From Magnetovibrionaceae bacterium (lineage in GTDB: Bacteria > Pseudomonadota > Alphaproteobacteria > Rhodospirillales > JBMYSY01), in assembly GCA_049603795.1 (NCBI GenBank), contig JBMYSY010000011.1, positions 68,687 through 132,686 of the forward strand: a stretch of DNA of 64,000 nt. Reading direction: 5' to 3'. Shown piece after piece: positions 1-9,720 of the stretch. The translations under genes and the position numbers were made by a program. Below the pieces are notes generated by a model. It worked only from the letters and a program-made list of their open reading frames with translations. It made no database searches and had not been told where the DNA came from. Within the stretch, counting starts at the first letter, position 1; the number at the start of each line of letters is the position of its first letter.

Positions 1-1
1 G

Positions 2-1189
2 ATGCGCCGTTGCTTTCCTTTCCTCCGCTATCGGGCGGCGCACTGCGCGAGCAAGCGCGAGGGTATTGGGCAGCAAAAGGGTATGGGCGATAGAAAAGCA
101 GCACCTTCAGGTCGGCTGAAGGTTGGTTTTGTCTCCAGCTTCTTCAAGGGCCATTCCATCGGTCGCCTGAATCGCCGTTTTATCGAGCGGTTCGACCGTG
201 AGCGTTTCGAGGTTTTTGTGATCCGGCCCAAGCAGGCGGACGACGACGTCGGTCGGGCGATCGATGCGGCAGCCGACCGGGCGTTGGTCTTGTACGCCGA
301 CGACCTGTCGAAGCAACATGAACACTTGGCGGCCCTCGAACTCGATGCTCTGGTCTACACCGATCTCGGCATGAGCGCCCATACCTGGCATCTGGCCCAG
401 GCCCGCCTGGCACCGCTGCAATGCGTCACCATCGGCCATCCGGTGACAAGCGGACTGCCCGAGATGGATTACTTCCTGTCGTCCGAGCTCTATGAACCAG
501 AGGGCTCGGACGATCACTACACCGAAAAACTGGTCCGGTTTCGTCACCCGAACTTCAGTTATCCCTTTCCGGACCTGGCCGTCAGGGACCCAGACCGCAC
601 CCAGTTCGGCTTCCGCGGGGAGGACCGGATTTATCTTTGCTCCCAGACATTGTTCAAATTGAACCCTTCCGTCGATCACCTCTTTGCCGGCATTTGCGAA
701 GCCGACCCCCTGGCACGCCTGGTGTTTGTCGCCGATCCCTACCACGGCTGCTGGCAGGCCCTGCTGGAGGAGCGTTTCCGGACAAGTCTGGGCGCGGGTT
801 CGGATCGCGTGACCTTTGTGCCCCGGCAATCCGGGCGCGATTATTTCACGCTGTTGGCGACCGCCGATGTCATTTTGGATATCCCGACCTTTTCGGGCGG
901 CAATACCTCGCTGGAGGCCTTTGCCTGCGGAACACCTGTGGTTACTCAGTGGGGGCCCTTTCTTCGAGGGAACGTGACGGCGGGCCTGTACCGGCAGATG
1001 GGCCTTGATGCAGCTGTCGCAGAGAATGCGGAGGGCTACCTGGAACGGGCGTTGACCTGGGCTGATCGCGCTACGCCGGAGGCAAGGGACATTCGCCAGC
1101 GCATTCTTGGCGCACAGGATCTGTTGTTCGACAGAGAAGAGCCGATCCGAGAATTGGAAGAATTCTTAGAAACGAAATCCCGCATATAA
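2..1189 (+). CDS. GT41 / SPINDLY-like (O-GlcNAc transferase family) glycosyltransferase, C-terminal part (5' end probably lies outside the window)
   Basis: RLKVGFVSSFFKGHSIG, LAQARLAPLQCVTIGHPVTSGLPEMDYF, QTLFKLNP and DVILDIPTFSGGNTSLEAFACGTPVVT match GT41 catalytic-domain motifs; no TPR region is visible, so the gene is likely truncated by the window edge. Confidence 0.85.
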   Translation: MRRCFPFLRYRAAHCASKREGIGQQKGMGDRKAAPSGRLKVGFVSSFFKGHSIGRLNRRFIERFDRERFEVFVIRPKQADDDVGRAIDAAADRALVLYADDLSKQHEHLAALELDALVYTDLGMSAHTWHLAQARLAPLQCVTIGHPVTSGLPEMDYFLSSELYEPEGSDDHYTEKLVRFRHPNFSYPFPDLAVRDPDRTQFGFRGEDRIYLCSQTLFKLNPSVDHLFAGICEADPLARLVFVADPYHGCWQALLEERFRTSLGAGSDRVTFVPRQSGRDYFTLLATADVILDIPTFSGGNTSLEAFACGTPVVTQWGPFLRGNVTAGLYRQMGLDAAVAENAEGYLERALTWADRATPEARDIRQRILGAQDLLFDREEPIRELEEFLETKSRI

Positions 1190-1384
1190 GAAATGGAAAA
1201 GGGTTAACACGTCCTTCCAACCTTTGGCTTTATTTGCGGCCCTGACGTCGAGGGGGTATCATGGTTTGCGAATCGGGCTGATGGGGCAGTTGCCCAACAG
1301 TCAAGCGGTCCGACCAGACAAAATGAAAAGCCGCATGATCGCCGGGGGTCGGCGAAATGGTGCTGAGAAACAGGGGTTATTAAG

Positions 1385-1717
1385 ATGATGGCCGAGGCAA
1401 TGATCGAAGAACTGTCGCCGACCGAAGAAGGTGCTTTTGGGCTTTCTCAAGCCGCCGTGATGCTGGATCAGGCGCGGGAAGATGCTTCGATGCTGGCCAC
1501 CGCCCTTGAAAAGAACATGGAAGTCTGGATTGCCATCCGCCTGATGGTCGGCAAATCCGACAACCTCTCGGAAGATACCAAGACCAACCTGATCAAGCTG
1601 AGCCAGTTCGTGGCCGATACGACCATGACGCACGGGATTGAAATCCCGTCCGAAGCCATCGACACCCTGATCAACATCAATCTGCAGATTTCCGAAGGCT
1701 TCCTGGAAGGCAAGTGA
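1385..1717 (+). CDS. flaF: FlaF-like flagellin regulator/chaperone
   Basis: ALEKNMEVW...DNLSEDTKTNLIKLSQFV...TLININLQISEG resembles the FlaF pattern AL..N..LW...N.L...R.NL..L..FV...LI.IN..I..GL; flagellar context. Confidence 0.7.
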   Translation: MMAEAMIEELSPTEEGAFGLSQAAVMLDQAREDASMLATALEKNMEVWIAIRLMVGKSDNLSEDTKTNLIKLSQFVADTTMTHGIEIPSEAIDTLININLQISEGFLEGK

Positions 1718-2340
1718 CCAGGACAGAGGCCCCCGACACCCCTTCAGAGGCACCGGTGGGCCAGCCTTCCTGCCTGATCATCGGGGCAGGTGGGCACGGA
1801 AAGGTTTGCTTGAATGTTTTCCGCCTACAGTTCCCCGAATTCGGCCTCGGGGTTGTGGATCGGGTGCCTCCTTCAGGAGCCTTTGCGGATCTCCCCTATT
1901 GTGGTCCCGACGAACGCCTAAGCCTTCTGGCCTCTGTCGGCTGGCAGGGCTTTGTACTTGGCTTGGGCCTTGCTGCCGGCCAGACCCGAAGGGCGGACCT
2001 TTTCGGCCAGGCCTGCAAAGCCGGGCTTCGACCTCAATCCATCCAACACCCAAGTGCGATCGTGGCCGATGGTGCCAGGATCGGCGCGGGCTGTCAGATC
2101 ATGGCCCAGGCTGTCGTGCAACCCGACAGTCGGTTCGGAGACAACGTGGTCGTCAATTCGGCGGCAATCATCGAGCATGATGTCGTCCTCGGCCACCATG
2201 CTTTTGTTTCTCCAGGTGCCTGCGTGCTGGGCGGCGCGAAGATAGGCGAGGGGGCCTTGATCGGTGCAGGGGCCGTTGTCCTGCCGGGAGCCGTCGTGCC
2301 TGCGGGCAGCTTGGTCAAGGCGGGTGAGGTTCATGGCTGA
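1714..2340 (+). CDS. Sugar O/N-acetyltransferase, NeuD/PglD family
   Basis: IIGAGGHGK N-terminal motif plus hexapeptide repeats (HPSAIV, NSAAIIEHD, IGAGAVVLPG); GTG start overlaps flaF stop (GTGA). Confidence 0.85.
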   Translation: MTRTEAPDTPSEAPVGQPSCLIIGAGGHGKVCLNVFRLQFPEFGLGVVDRVPPSGAFADLPYCGPDERLSLLASVGWQGFVLGLGLAAGQTRRADLFGQACKAGLRPQSIQHPSAIVADGARIGAGCQIMAQAVVQPDSRFGDNVVVNSAAIIEHDVVLGHHAFVSPGACVLGGAKIGEGALIGAGAVVLPGAVVPAGSLVKAGEVHG

Positions 2341-3184
2341 CAGCCAGGCGAAATCCGAACACCTTCCTGACCTTGAAGGCGGCTGGGTCATCAACAGCGG
2401 CGATCAGAACAACCGATGGGCCACCGAAATCCAGGCAGTGCTTTGGCCGGGGGACGAGACCAGCGATCCCTTTGTGCTATCCCACGAATGCCGAAAGGAG
2501 AGGGTGCCTTTCAATGAAGAGGAGCCCGGTTCCGACGCGCTTTTCATGACGAATTCCCCCCATGAGTTCCTGACGGTCAGCCATCGGGGGGAGTTCCTGC
2601 AAATCCCTCATATCGATACGGTGTTTAGCGTCCGCGCGATGAAGGACCTCCCGACCCTGGCCTCGCCCATGGGACGGGTGCTGTTGCCTGCCCGGTTTCC
2701 CAACTCACCGTCAGAGGTCCATCTGCCCGAACGTGGGGTCGACTTTTTGGATCCTGAGAGTCTTCTCCGGACGGCGGCGAATGGCGTGCCGGTTAGAAAA
2801 CTCTTTTTCCTATTCGAAGGGGAAACAGTTGGTCAGAGCTGCCGATTGATCGCGCCGGTGCATTACTTGAATTTTCCGGGTACCGAAGCCTGCGGCCACT
2901 ATCTCCAACCGATCTCCGGCACGATCATTGGCCCCTACCAGAACAAGATCCTGCCTGGCTATTTTGCGGCCGCCATCGATTGCGAAGGCGGTTCGTCGAA
3001 GATTGAATTCTTGTTTGCGCAGTATGTGGATACCTGGAATGCCATGTCGCTCAGTGCCGGGCTTCCTGCGACTGTCTTGGAGCAGCTGGCCACGGTGCGC
3101 CAGCATTTCCCGACTTTTGTCCGGATTTACAACCTGATGCAGCCCGCTACGGGGACGGTGCGTATCTTTCGTTATCGGGAATAA
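2333..3184 (+). CDS. Hypothetical protein (about 283 aa)
   Basis: ATG at 2333 preceded by GAGG and overlapping the acetyltransferase stop; fills the gap to the convergent radical SAM gene; no family recognised. Confidence 0.6.
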   Translation: MADSQAKSEHLPDLEGGWVINSGDQNNRWATEIQAVLWPGDETSDPFVLSHECRKERVPFNEEEPGSDALFMTNSPHEFLTVSHRGEFLQIPHIDTVFSVRAMKDLPTLASPMGRVLLPARFPNSPSEVHLPERGVDFLDPESLLRTAANGVPVRKLFFLFEGETVGQSCRLIAPVHYLNFPGTEACGHYLQPISGTIIGPYQNKILPGYFAAAIDCEGGSSKIEFLFAQYVDTWNAMSLSAGLPATVLEQLATVRQHFPTFVRIYNLMQPATGTVRIFRYRE

Positions 3185-3198
3185 AGACGAATGCCGCT

Positions 3199-4320
3199 CT
3201 ATATAAAGCTTAAATGCTGTGGCGCATCGCCGTCGGGTTGCTGCAACTCGACGCGGCCTTTCATGTAGGCGTCCAGTGTCTCGTTCACCTTGTGCTGCAG
3301 GCAGAGCGACCCGCACATCTTCTGGGCGTTGAAGTCCGGACCGGCGAGGTAGTTCATCACCTGCCAGTACTTGTCGGAAGCCCATATGTCCTTGAACCGC
3401 GTCTCGCAGATGTTGCCGATGTGGAACTTCTTGTAGCGTTCGTTGAACAGCATACCGCAAGGTGCCACGAGACCCGAACCCGACAGCTGGATCATAAACG
3501 GTGGGCCGTAGCAGCGCTGGTAACTCCTTGAATTGCCAGCTTTGATCTTCGACCACTTGACGCTGACCTGATAGCCTTCGTCCGAATAGCTCTCGGCCTC
3601 GTGCAGCAGGTCGTAGATTTTCTCATAGGCACCGTAGTCGACGCCGAGGTCACCGTCTTCATTGTCCGAACAATGCTTGATCACCAGGTAATCGGGCCGC
3701 AGGTCCTGGCCGAGCTTCGCCAGCGGAATGACCTGATCGGCATATTCCGGCATCAGGACCATCTGCATGCCGATGGTGACGTCCAGGTTATCGCGGCTTT
3801 TGATGGCGACCATGTCTCGGATGTTCTGGCAAACCCGGTCATACCAATGGGGCTTCACGCCCATGATCTCGGCGTAGCGGTCGCGTTCCCCAGCCGAGAT
3901 ATTGATGCGCAGGTAGGTTAGGTGCGGCAACACCTCTTCCAGTTTGCGCTCGGTCAAGACAAAGCCATTCGTGCCGCAGGCCATTGAAAGCCCCAGTTCC
4001 GAGCCGTACCGAATGGCGTCCACGAAGACCGGGCTGATCGTGCTCTCGCCGTCAGAGACGAAGCTGATGCCCTTAACGCCGATCTCGGCACAGTCTTCCA
4101 GGAACTCGAAGATCACCTTCTTGTTGATCACCTGGCGGTCGTTCTCCTGCAACATGGCATAGCAGTATTCGCAGGCGAAATTGCAGGCCCGGGTGAGCGC
4201 CATATCGATGGTGATGGGGGCGATGCGTTCGCCCCTTGCCCAGGCATCGACCCGGTCCTTGTGCCAGGCGATCTTGGTGCCGTCCAGGATCAGTTCCGTA
4301 TGTTCTGTCATGCCGGTCAT
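3199..4320 (-). CDS. Radical SAM protein with SPASM/twitch-type C-terminal domain
   Basis: CNFACEYC (CxxxCxxC); C-terminal CYGPPF...GLVAPC...IGNI...W...CGSLC auxiliary-cluster cysteines. Confidence 0.9.
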   Translation of the reverse strand: MTGMTEHTELILDGTKIAWHKDRVDAWARGERIAPITIDMALTRACNFACEYCYAMLQENDRQVINKKVIFEFLEDCAEIGVKGISFVSDGESTISPVFVDAIRYGSELGLSMACGTNGFVLTERKLEEVLPHLTYLRINISAGERDRYAEIMGVKPHWYDRVCQNIRDMVAIKSRDNLDVTIGMQMVLMPEYADQVIPLAKLGQDLRPDYLVIKHCSDNEDGDLGVDYGAYEKIYDLLHEAESYSDEGYQVSVKWSKIKAGNSRSYQRCYGPPFMIQLSGSGLVAPCGMLFNERYKKFHIGNICETRFKDIWASDKYWQVMNYLAGPDFNAQKMCGSLCLQHKVNETLDAYMKGRVELQQPDGDAPQHLSFI

Positions 4321-5435
4321 TTTGACGTCTCCTCGCTCAGGCGACGGATCGTGTTCTGATCGGTCAGTTCTTCCATATAGAGTTCGAGCCGGTTATCGAC
4401 GCGCGCCTTCACGTCCCGTTCGAGGGTCATCAAAAGCGCCTGGCGGTCGGCCTTGGCGAGAGAGCCGCCAAAGGCCAGCACCACACGCACGTCAAATTCG
4501 ATGGCCGTGATTTGGATATCTTCGGCGTCCAGACCATGGCTTTCCGTCGTCGCCATCATGGCTTCAGCCAGAGCGGAACGGCGCTCGAAGTCGGACAAGG
4601 CGAGCCAGTCCGCCCCCGGTCCCGGATCGTACTCGTTGTCCGGCCAGGGTGTGGCCGTGGCGGCGCGCCAGCGTTTGGCGGCCCCCCGCAGCAAGGCCTC
4701 CGCCTGGGCGAAGACGGGGCCAAGAGCACCTGGGGTCACGATGCCGTTGACCGCCCGGCGCTCCGCCACATCGCGCAAGGCAACCTCGGTTTTGATCAGA
4801 GCATGATCAGCGGCTTCCTGAGGGGGCAGGCCGATGATGGTCTCGGACAGCTGGTCCAGCACGGCGGCCAGCGAACCGGTCGCCCTTTCGTGACCGGCAG
4901 CAATGATGTCCCCATCCATATCCAGGGCGAAGCCGAAAGAGACGCCCTCCACTTCGAAACAATGGCCCTCATCCGGCAGGCCTTCGCACGTCAAGTCGGC
5001 GAGGCGCGCCTTCGCGGCGGCGCGGTGAATTTCAGGCAAGCCGTCTTCGCCCAGAGCGAGGCCCGACCCGCCCAGGTCGGCCTTCTCCACATGGCGGTAG
5101 TGTACCTTGGCGGATTGAGAATCCGACCGGTCCGGCTGCTTGAGTGCGCTCGCTTCCAACAGCCAACCATTGTCTTCCTGGGTCAGGTCCAACTCGCCGA
5201 AGTCACCCGCTTCCGCCGCGAGGCGCCCCACATCGACAGTATCGGGCAGCTTCAAGGTCACGGTCGTCTCACCCGCACTCACCGCCGCATCCAGCAGGTT
5301 GGTGATGCCGACCACCGGGTCTTCGTCCGGCACCCAAAGCTCAAGATAGGCCGCAGCAGGCCCGAAGCCGCGCAGTTTCTCGACGAGGCCCGCCTCGTAG
5401 TCAGCGACCAGTGTGGCGTAATCGAGCGTGCTCAT
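4317..5435 (-). CDS. Hypothetical protein, possibly NifU-like (IscU-like plus Nfu-like domains) but Cys-poor
   Basis: 372-aa ORF with 4-bp overlaps on both sides within the operon; domain resemblance is by eye only. Confidence 0.65.
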   Translation of the reverse strand: MSTLDYATLVADYEAGLVEKLRGFGPAAAYLELWVPDEDPVVGITNLLDAAVSAGETTVTLKLPDTVDVGRLAAEAGDFGELDLTQEDNGWLLEASALKQPDRSDSQSAKVHYRHVEKADLGGSGLALGEDGLPEIHRAAAKARLADLTCEGLPDEGHCFEVEGVSFGFALDMDGDIIAAGHERATGSLAAVLDQLSETIIGLPPQEAADHALIKTEVALRDVAERRAVNGIVTPGALGPVFAQAEALLRGAAKRWRAATATPWPDNEYDPGPGADWLALSDFERRSALAEAMMATTESHGLDAEDIQITAIEFDVRVVLAFGGSLAKADRQALLMTLERDVKARVDNRLELYMEELTDQNTIRRLSEETSK

Positions 5436-6553
5436 GCGTAGAACCCGTTGATGGCGTCCGCGACCCGGTCGATCTCCGCCTCGGTCACAAACTGATTGAT
5501 GGGCAGCGACAGGATCCGCCCCGCCTGGGCTTCCGCCTTCGGGAAGCTGCCGGGGCCATGGCCAAGCTCGGCGGCTGCCGGTTGCAGGTGGATCGGCACC
5601 GGATAATGGATCGCCGTGCCGATCCCGTTTTCTGCCAGGTAGGCCTTCAGCTCGTCCCGCCGGTCCACCTGGATCACGAAGGTGTGGTAGGTATCAAAAG
5701 CGTTCTCCCGCCAGCCCGGATGAAAGACCGCTGTCCTATCGAGCCGCGCAAGGTAGCGCTCCGCATTCGCTTGCCGGGCCGCGATCACCTCGTCCAGATG
5801 AGCAAGCCGGTGGGACAGGACAACGGCCTGCACGGGATCGAGCCGGGAGACCATGCCCCATTCGACCACCGTATCCCGATCAACGGAACCATTGTTGCCG
5901 AGCCGACGGATGCGGGCGGCGAGATCGTCATGGCGGGTCGCAACAAAGCCTGCGTCGCCCGCGGCATTCAGGTTTTTGAGCGGGTGGGCGGAAAAGCAGC
6001 CGACGTCGCCCCAGGCCCCGCTCTTGCGGCCCAGGTAAGAAGAGCCGACGCTCTGGGCGGCATCCTCGATCAGCGCCAGGCCGTTGTCGTCGGCAATTTC
6101 CCGGTAGAGATCCATCGGTCCCATGCGGCCCGTCAGGTGGACAGCCATGATCGCCCTGGTGTTCGGCCCGATCGCGCGGATGACCGCTTCCGGGTCCAGG
6201 TTCTGGTCGGGTAGTACATCGGCGAAAACCGGCGTTGCGCCCACCATGACAACGGCCCCGGCGGAGGCGACGAAGGAATTCGGCGGCACGATGACCTCGT
6301 CGCCGGGGCCGATATCCAGGGCCCGGAGCGCGAGGATGATCGCGTCCGTTCCCGATGCTGTGCCGATACAGTGCGGCACATGGCCGTAAGCTTCAAACGC
6401 TTGTTCGAAGGCGCGGACCTCCGGCCCTCCGACCCAGAAGCCGCCGGCCAGGACACGCTCGACCTCAGGCAGGATTGCGTCCTTTTCCTGCGCCCAGTGG
6501 CGGGACAGGTCGACGTAAGGAATGGGGGGCGGGGTCCGGCTGCCGTCCATCAT
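5432..6553 (-). CDS. DegT/DnrJ/EryC1/StrS family PLP-dependent sugar aminotransferase
   Basis: SGTDA, GPGDEVIVP, IEDAAQS, FSAHPLKNLNAAGDAG (catalytic Lys), IHYPVPIHLQPA. Confidence 0.92.
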   Translation of the reverse strand: MMDGSRTPPPIPYVDLSRHWAQEKDAILPEVERVLAGGFWVGGPEVRAFEQAFEAYGHVPHCIGTASGTDAIILALRALDIGPGDEVIVPPNSFVASAGAVVMVGATPVFADVLPDQNLDPEAVIRAIGPNTRAIMAVHLTGRMGPMDLYREIADDNGLALIEDAAQSVGSSYLGRKSGAWGDVGCFSAHPLKNLNAAGDAGFVATRHDDLAARIRRLGNNGSVDRDTVVEWGMVSRLDPVQAVVLSHRLAHLDEVIAARQANAERYLARLDRTAVFHPGWRENAFDTYHTFVIQVDRRDELKAYLAENGIGTAIHYPVPIHLQPAAAELGHGPGSFPKAEAQAGRILSLPINQFVTEAEIDRVADAINGFYA

Positions 6554-7671
6554 CGCCGATAGAACTCCCGCACGGTCTCGATCACGTAATCGATTTGTTC
6601 GGCGGCGAGATGCTGGTCGGCAGGGAAGGTGATGATTTCTTTTGTGTGGCGGTCCGTGACAGGGAAATCGCCAGCCTTGTAGCCGAACGGCTTCAGGCCT
6701 TCCTGCTGATAGAGCGGAACGGGGTAGTGAATCTTGGCCTCGATCCCGGCGTCCAGGCAGTGCTGCAACAGACCATCCCGATCTTCGGCAAAGACGATAT
6801 AAAGGTGATAGACTCGGCGCATCCAGTCCATGCGGGGCGGGATGCGAATTTCAGGAATTTCAGAAAAGCCCGCATCGTAGCGTTCCGCGTTCTCGATCCG
6901 CTTGGCGGCGATATCTTCCGCCGATCCGATCAACCAGTTGCCGACCACGGCCTGCAGGGTGTCGAGGCGCGAGTTGTATCCCATGATTCCGATGGTATCG
7001 CGGTCCACCAGGCCGTGGTTGCGCAGCAGCCGCAGGTGGTCGGCCAGGTCGTCATCATCGGTGACAATGATCCCGCCGTCGGACCAGACGTTGATGTTTT
7101 TCAAGGGATGCAGCGAGAAGGCCCCGGTGTTGCCCCAGGTCCCGGCCCGCTTGCCTTCGATATCGGCCAGGATCGACTGGCAGGCATCTTCGACGATGCC
7201 CAAGCCATGTTTCTCGGCAATCGGCAAAACCTTGCGCATGTCGGTCATGTAGCCGGTGAAGTGAACGGGGCAGAGCGCCTTGGTCTTTTCCGTTATGGCG
7301 GCCTCGATCTGTTCGGGCACCATGCAGAAGGTGTCGTCGCAATCGACGAAAACAGGGGTGGCCCCGATTTCGGCGATGGCACCCACCGTCGCGATGAAGG
7401 TGTTGGCCGCCGTTATCACTTCGTCGCCGTAGCCAACGCCGAGGGCTTTGAGTGACAGCTTGATGGCGTCCGTTCCCGAGTTGACGCCGACCGCGTGCTT
7501 GGTGCCGATCAGGCTGGCAAAGCGGCCTTCAAACTCGGTGAGGGGTGCGCCGAGGGTGAAGTCGCCTGTCTTCACGAAGGCTTTCAATTCCGCCCAAAGA
7601 TCATCGCAGTCCTCGAACTGCTGGGGCAGGTAGGAATAGCGGACTTTGGTTTTCGGCATCATCCCATCCAT
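6550..7671 (-). CDS. DegT/DnrJ/EryC1/StrS family sugar aminotransferase (second copy)
   Basis: VNSGTDA, GDEVIT, VEDACQS, FSLHPLKNINVWSDGG, LRNHG, YNSRLDTLQA. Confidence 0.92.
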   Translation of the reverse strand: MDGMMPKTKVRYSYLPQQFEDCDDLWAELKAFVKTGDFTLGAPLTEFEGRFASLIGTKHAVGVNSGTDAIKLSLKALGVGYGDEVITAANTFIATVGAIAEIGATPVFVDCDDTFCMVPEQIEAAITEKTKALCPVHFTGYMTDMRKVLPIAEKHGLGIVEDACQSILADIEGKRAGTWGNTGAFSLHPLKNINVWSDGGIIVTDDDDLADHLRLLRNHGLVDRDTIGIMGYNSRLDTLQAVVGNWLIGSAEDIAAKRIENAERYDAGFSEIPEIRIPPRMDWMRRVYHLYIVFAEDRDGLLQHCLDAGIEAKIHYPVPLYQQEGLKPFGYKAGDFPVTDRHTKEIITFPADQHLAAEQIDYVIETVREFYRR

Positions 7672-8765
7672 CAGAACGGTCCTTTGAAGGCAGGGTGCGG
7701 AATATCGAAGGGTACTTCGCCCCGTTGGGTTTCCAGTTTTTGCGAAATGCGGGTCGCCACCGCTTCTTGCGCGCCAACCAGCTTGCAGGCGGCATCCGAG
7801 ATGGTTGCTGCCGTCGGATAGTAGACCTGTGCCAGGCTGCGCGCGCTGGGCGTCGGCGTATCGGGAAGACCGATCCGAACAGGTGCCGCGGCCAGATCGC
7901 CGAAGCAGGCCTCCGTCACCTGGGCGGCGATTTCAGCACCGGGGCCGAGCGTTCTGGTCCCGGTATCGACGACGATCAGCCTTCCTGTCCGTTTCACGCT
8001 GGCGATGATCTCATCGAGGACCAGCGGCCGGACGATGCGGAGATCAAACAGATCGGTCTCTATGCCCTCTGCGGCCAGTTCCGTCGCGGCATGTCGGGCT
8101 TCCAGGGTCATGTAACTGGAGGCCACGATGGTGACGTCCTTGCCGTTGCGCAGGCGTTTGGGCCCGTCCAAGGGCAGCGCACGCGGGACGATTGGAACGT
8201 CGCCCGTCGCATAGTGAATCCATCGGTGTTCGATCACACAAACCGGGTTGTCGTCCTCAATCGCGCCCATCAGCAGGCCCTGCGCATCGGCGGGGCGTGC
8301 CGGCATGACAACCTTCAGACCCGGAATGGCGGCGAACAGGGTTTCCAGCGCCTGGCTGTGCATGGGCCCCTGACCCCAGCCGCGCCCGATGATCATGCGC
8401 ACCACCAAGGGTACCCGGTGCTTGCCGTTGGAGACGTAATGCGCCTTGGCCGCGTTGTTGATCAGCTGTTCCATGGCCAGCAGGCAGAATTCGACACGCT
8501 GGTGGATCAGCACGGGCCGTTGGCCGACCATGGCCGCCCCGATGGCAACACCGGTCAGGCCGTTTTCCGAGACCGGCATTTCAACGACGCGCGCAGGGCC
8601 GAAGTCATCGACGAGGCCGACGGTGGTGCCAAAGATCCCCTTGGGGTCCGCAACACCTTCGCCCATCAGGAAGACACTGTCGTCAGCCCGCAGGCTCGCT
8701 TCGAGCCCCAGCCGAATGGCCTCGGCGGCGGTGATGTGGTGGGTGTTGGTGAGACTATCCGGCAT
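7671..8765 (-). CDS. TPP-dependent dehydrogenase E1 beta subunit / transketolase C-terminal-like
   Basis: MGEGV, VVEMPVSENGLTGVAIGAA, GRGWGQGPMHSQ, PGLKVVMP, DLRIVRPL; start reassigned to ATG at 8765 (MPDSLT), overlapping the alpha subunit. Confidence 0.9.
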   Translation of the reverse strand: MPDSLTNTHHITAAEAIRLGLEASLRADDSVFLMGEGVADPKGIFGTTVGLVDDFGPARVVEMPVSENGLTGVAIGAAMVGQRPVLIHQRVEFCLLAMEQLINNAAKAHYVSNGKHRVPLVVRMIIGRGWGQGPMHSQALETLFAAIPGLKVVMPARPADAQGLLMGAIEDDNPVCVIEHRWIHYATGDVPIVPRALPLDGPKRLRNGKDVTIVASSYMTLEARHAATELAAEGIETDLFDLRIVRPLVLDEIIASVKRTGRLIVVDTGTRTLGPGAEIAAQVTEACFGDLAAAPVRIGLPDTPTPSARSLAQVYYPTAATISDAACKLVGAQEAVATRISQKLETQRGEVPFDIPHPAFKGPF

Positions 8766-9720
8766 GGAGATGATCTCCGATGCTGGCGGGGTCGGGCATG
8801 GGCGAGGACAGCGCGAAGTCGAAGGCATCCTCTATGACCTTCGCGACATCGGCACCGATGTCGTCCAGTTCCGCCTGACGGGCCGCGCCTTCTTCCCTAA
8901 GGCGCGTCTCGAAGGCGGGCAGGGGGTCGCGGGCCTTCCATTCCAGGAAATCGGCCTCGGTGCGGTAGCCCAGGTCATTGTCGTAGTTCGGTCCGCAGTG
9001 TTCGCGCCAGCGGTAGGTATCGGCAACGATCCAGCTTGGGCCGTCACCGGCGCGGGCACGTTCGATGGCGTCCATGGTTACGTCGAGGGTCTGTTCGACG
9101 TCGTTGCCGTCGCAGCGTTCCGAGGGCATGCCATGGGCGCGCCCGAGGTTGGTGAGGGGCCGGGTCGGCTGACGGTCGGCCACATCGGTGTAGACGCTGA
9201 ACTGGTTGTTCTCGACGAAGAAGATCATCGGCAGCTTTTTGAGCGCTGCGAAGTTGGCGGCCTCGTGTACGGCACCTTCTTCGACCGCGCCATCACCGAC
9301 GAAGCCGACGACCACCCGGTCCTCGCCGCGCTGCTGGATGGCCAGTGCGGCACCGACACCGAGCGGCAGGGCGGAACCTACAATGGGCACCGACGCCAGA
9401 ACCCCGGCATCTTCATCAAACAGGTGCATGGAGCCGCCGCGCCCACCGCAACAACCCGTCACGCGGCCATAGATTTCGGCCATCATGGCGCGCGGGTCGC
9501 CCCCCTTGGCCAGATAGTGGCCATGGCAGCGGTGGGTGGAGACGATCAGATCATCTGCATTCAGGGCCGCACAGGAGCCCACAGCCGCCGCCTCCTGGCC
9601 GACCGACAGATGCACCGGACAGCGCATTTCCTGTTCGCCATAGCGCTCGGCGATGGTCTCCTCCAGATCGCGGATCAGACGCATCGAGTAGTAGAGCGCA
9701 AGCGGTGTCGGCTGGGTCAT
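8755..9720 (-). CDS. TPP-dependent dehydrogenase E1 alpha subunit
   Basis: HLSVGQEA, STHRCHGH, GRGGSMH, GDGAVEEG...ENNQ TPP-binding motif, TYRWREHCG. Confidence 0.92.
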   Translation of the reverse strand: MTQPTPLALYYSMRLIRDLEETIAERYGEQEMRCPVHLSVGQEAAAVGSCAALNADDLIVSTHRCHGHYLAKGGDPRAMMAEIYGRVTGCCGGRGGSMHLFDEDAGVLASVPIVGSALPLGVGAALAIQQRGEDRVVVGFVGDGAVEEGAVHEAANFAALKKLPMIFFVENNQFSVYTDVADRQPTRPLTNLGRAHGMPSERCDGNDVEQTLDVTMDAIERARAGDGPSWIVADTYRWREHCGPNYDNDLGYRTEADFLEWKARDPLPAFETRLREEGAARQAELDDIGADVAKVIEDAFDFALSSPMPDPASIGDHLHAG

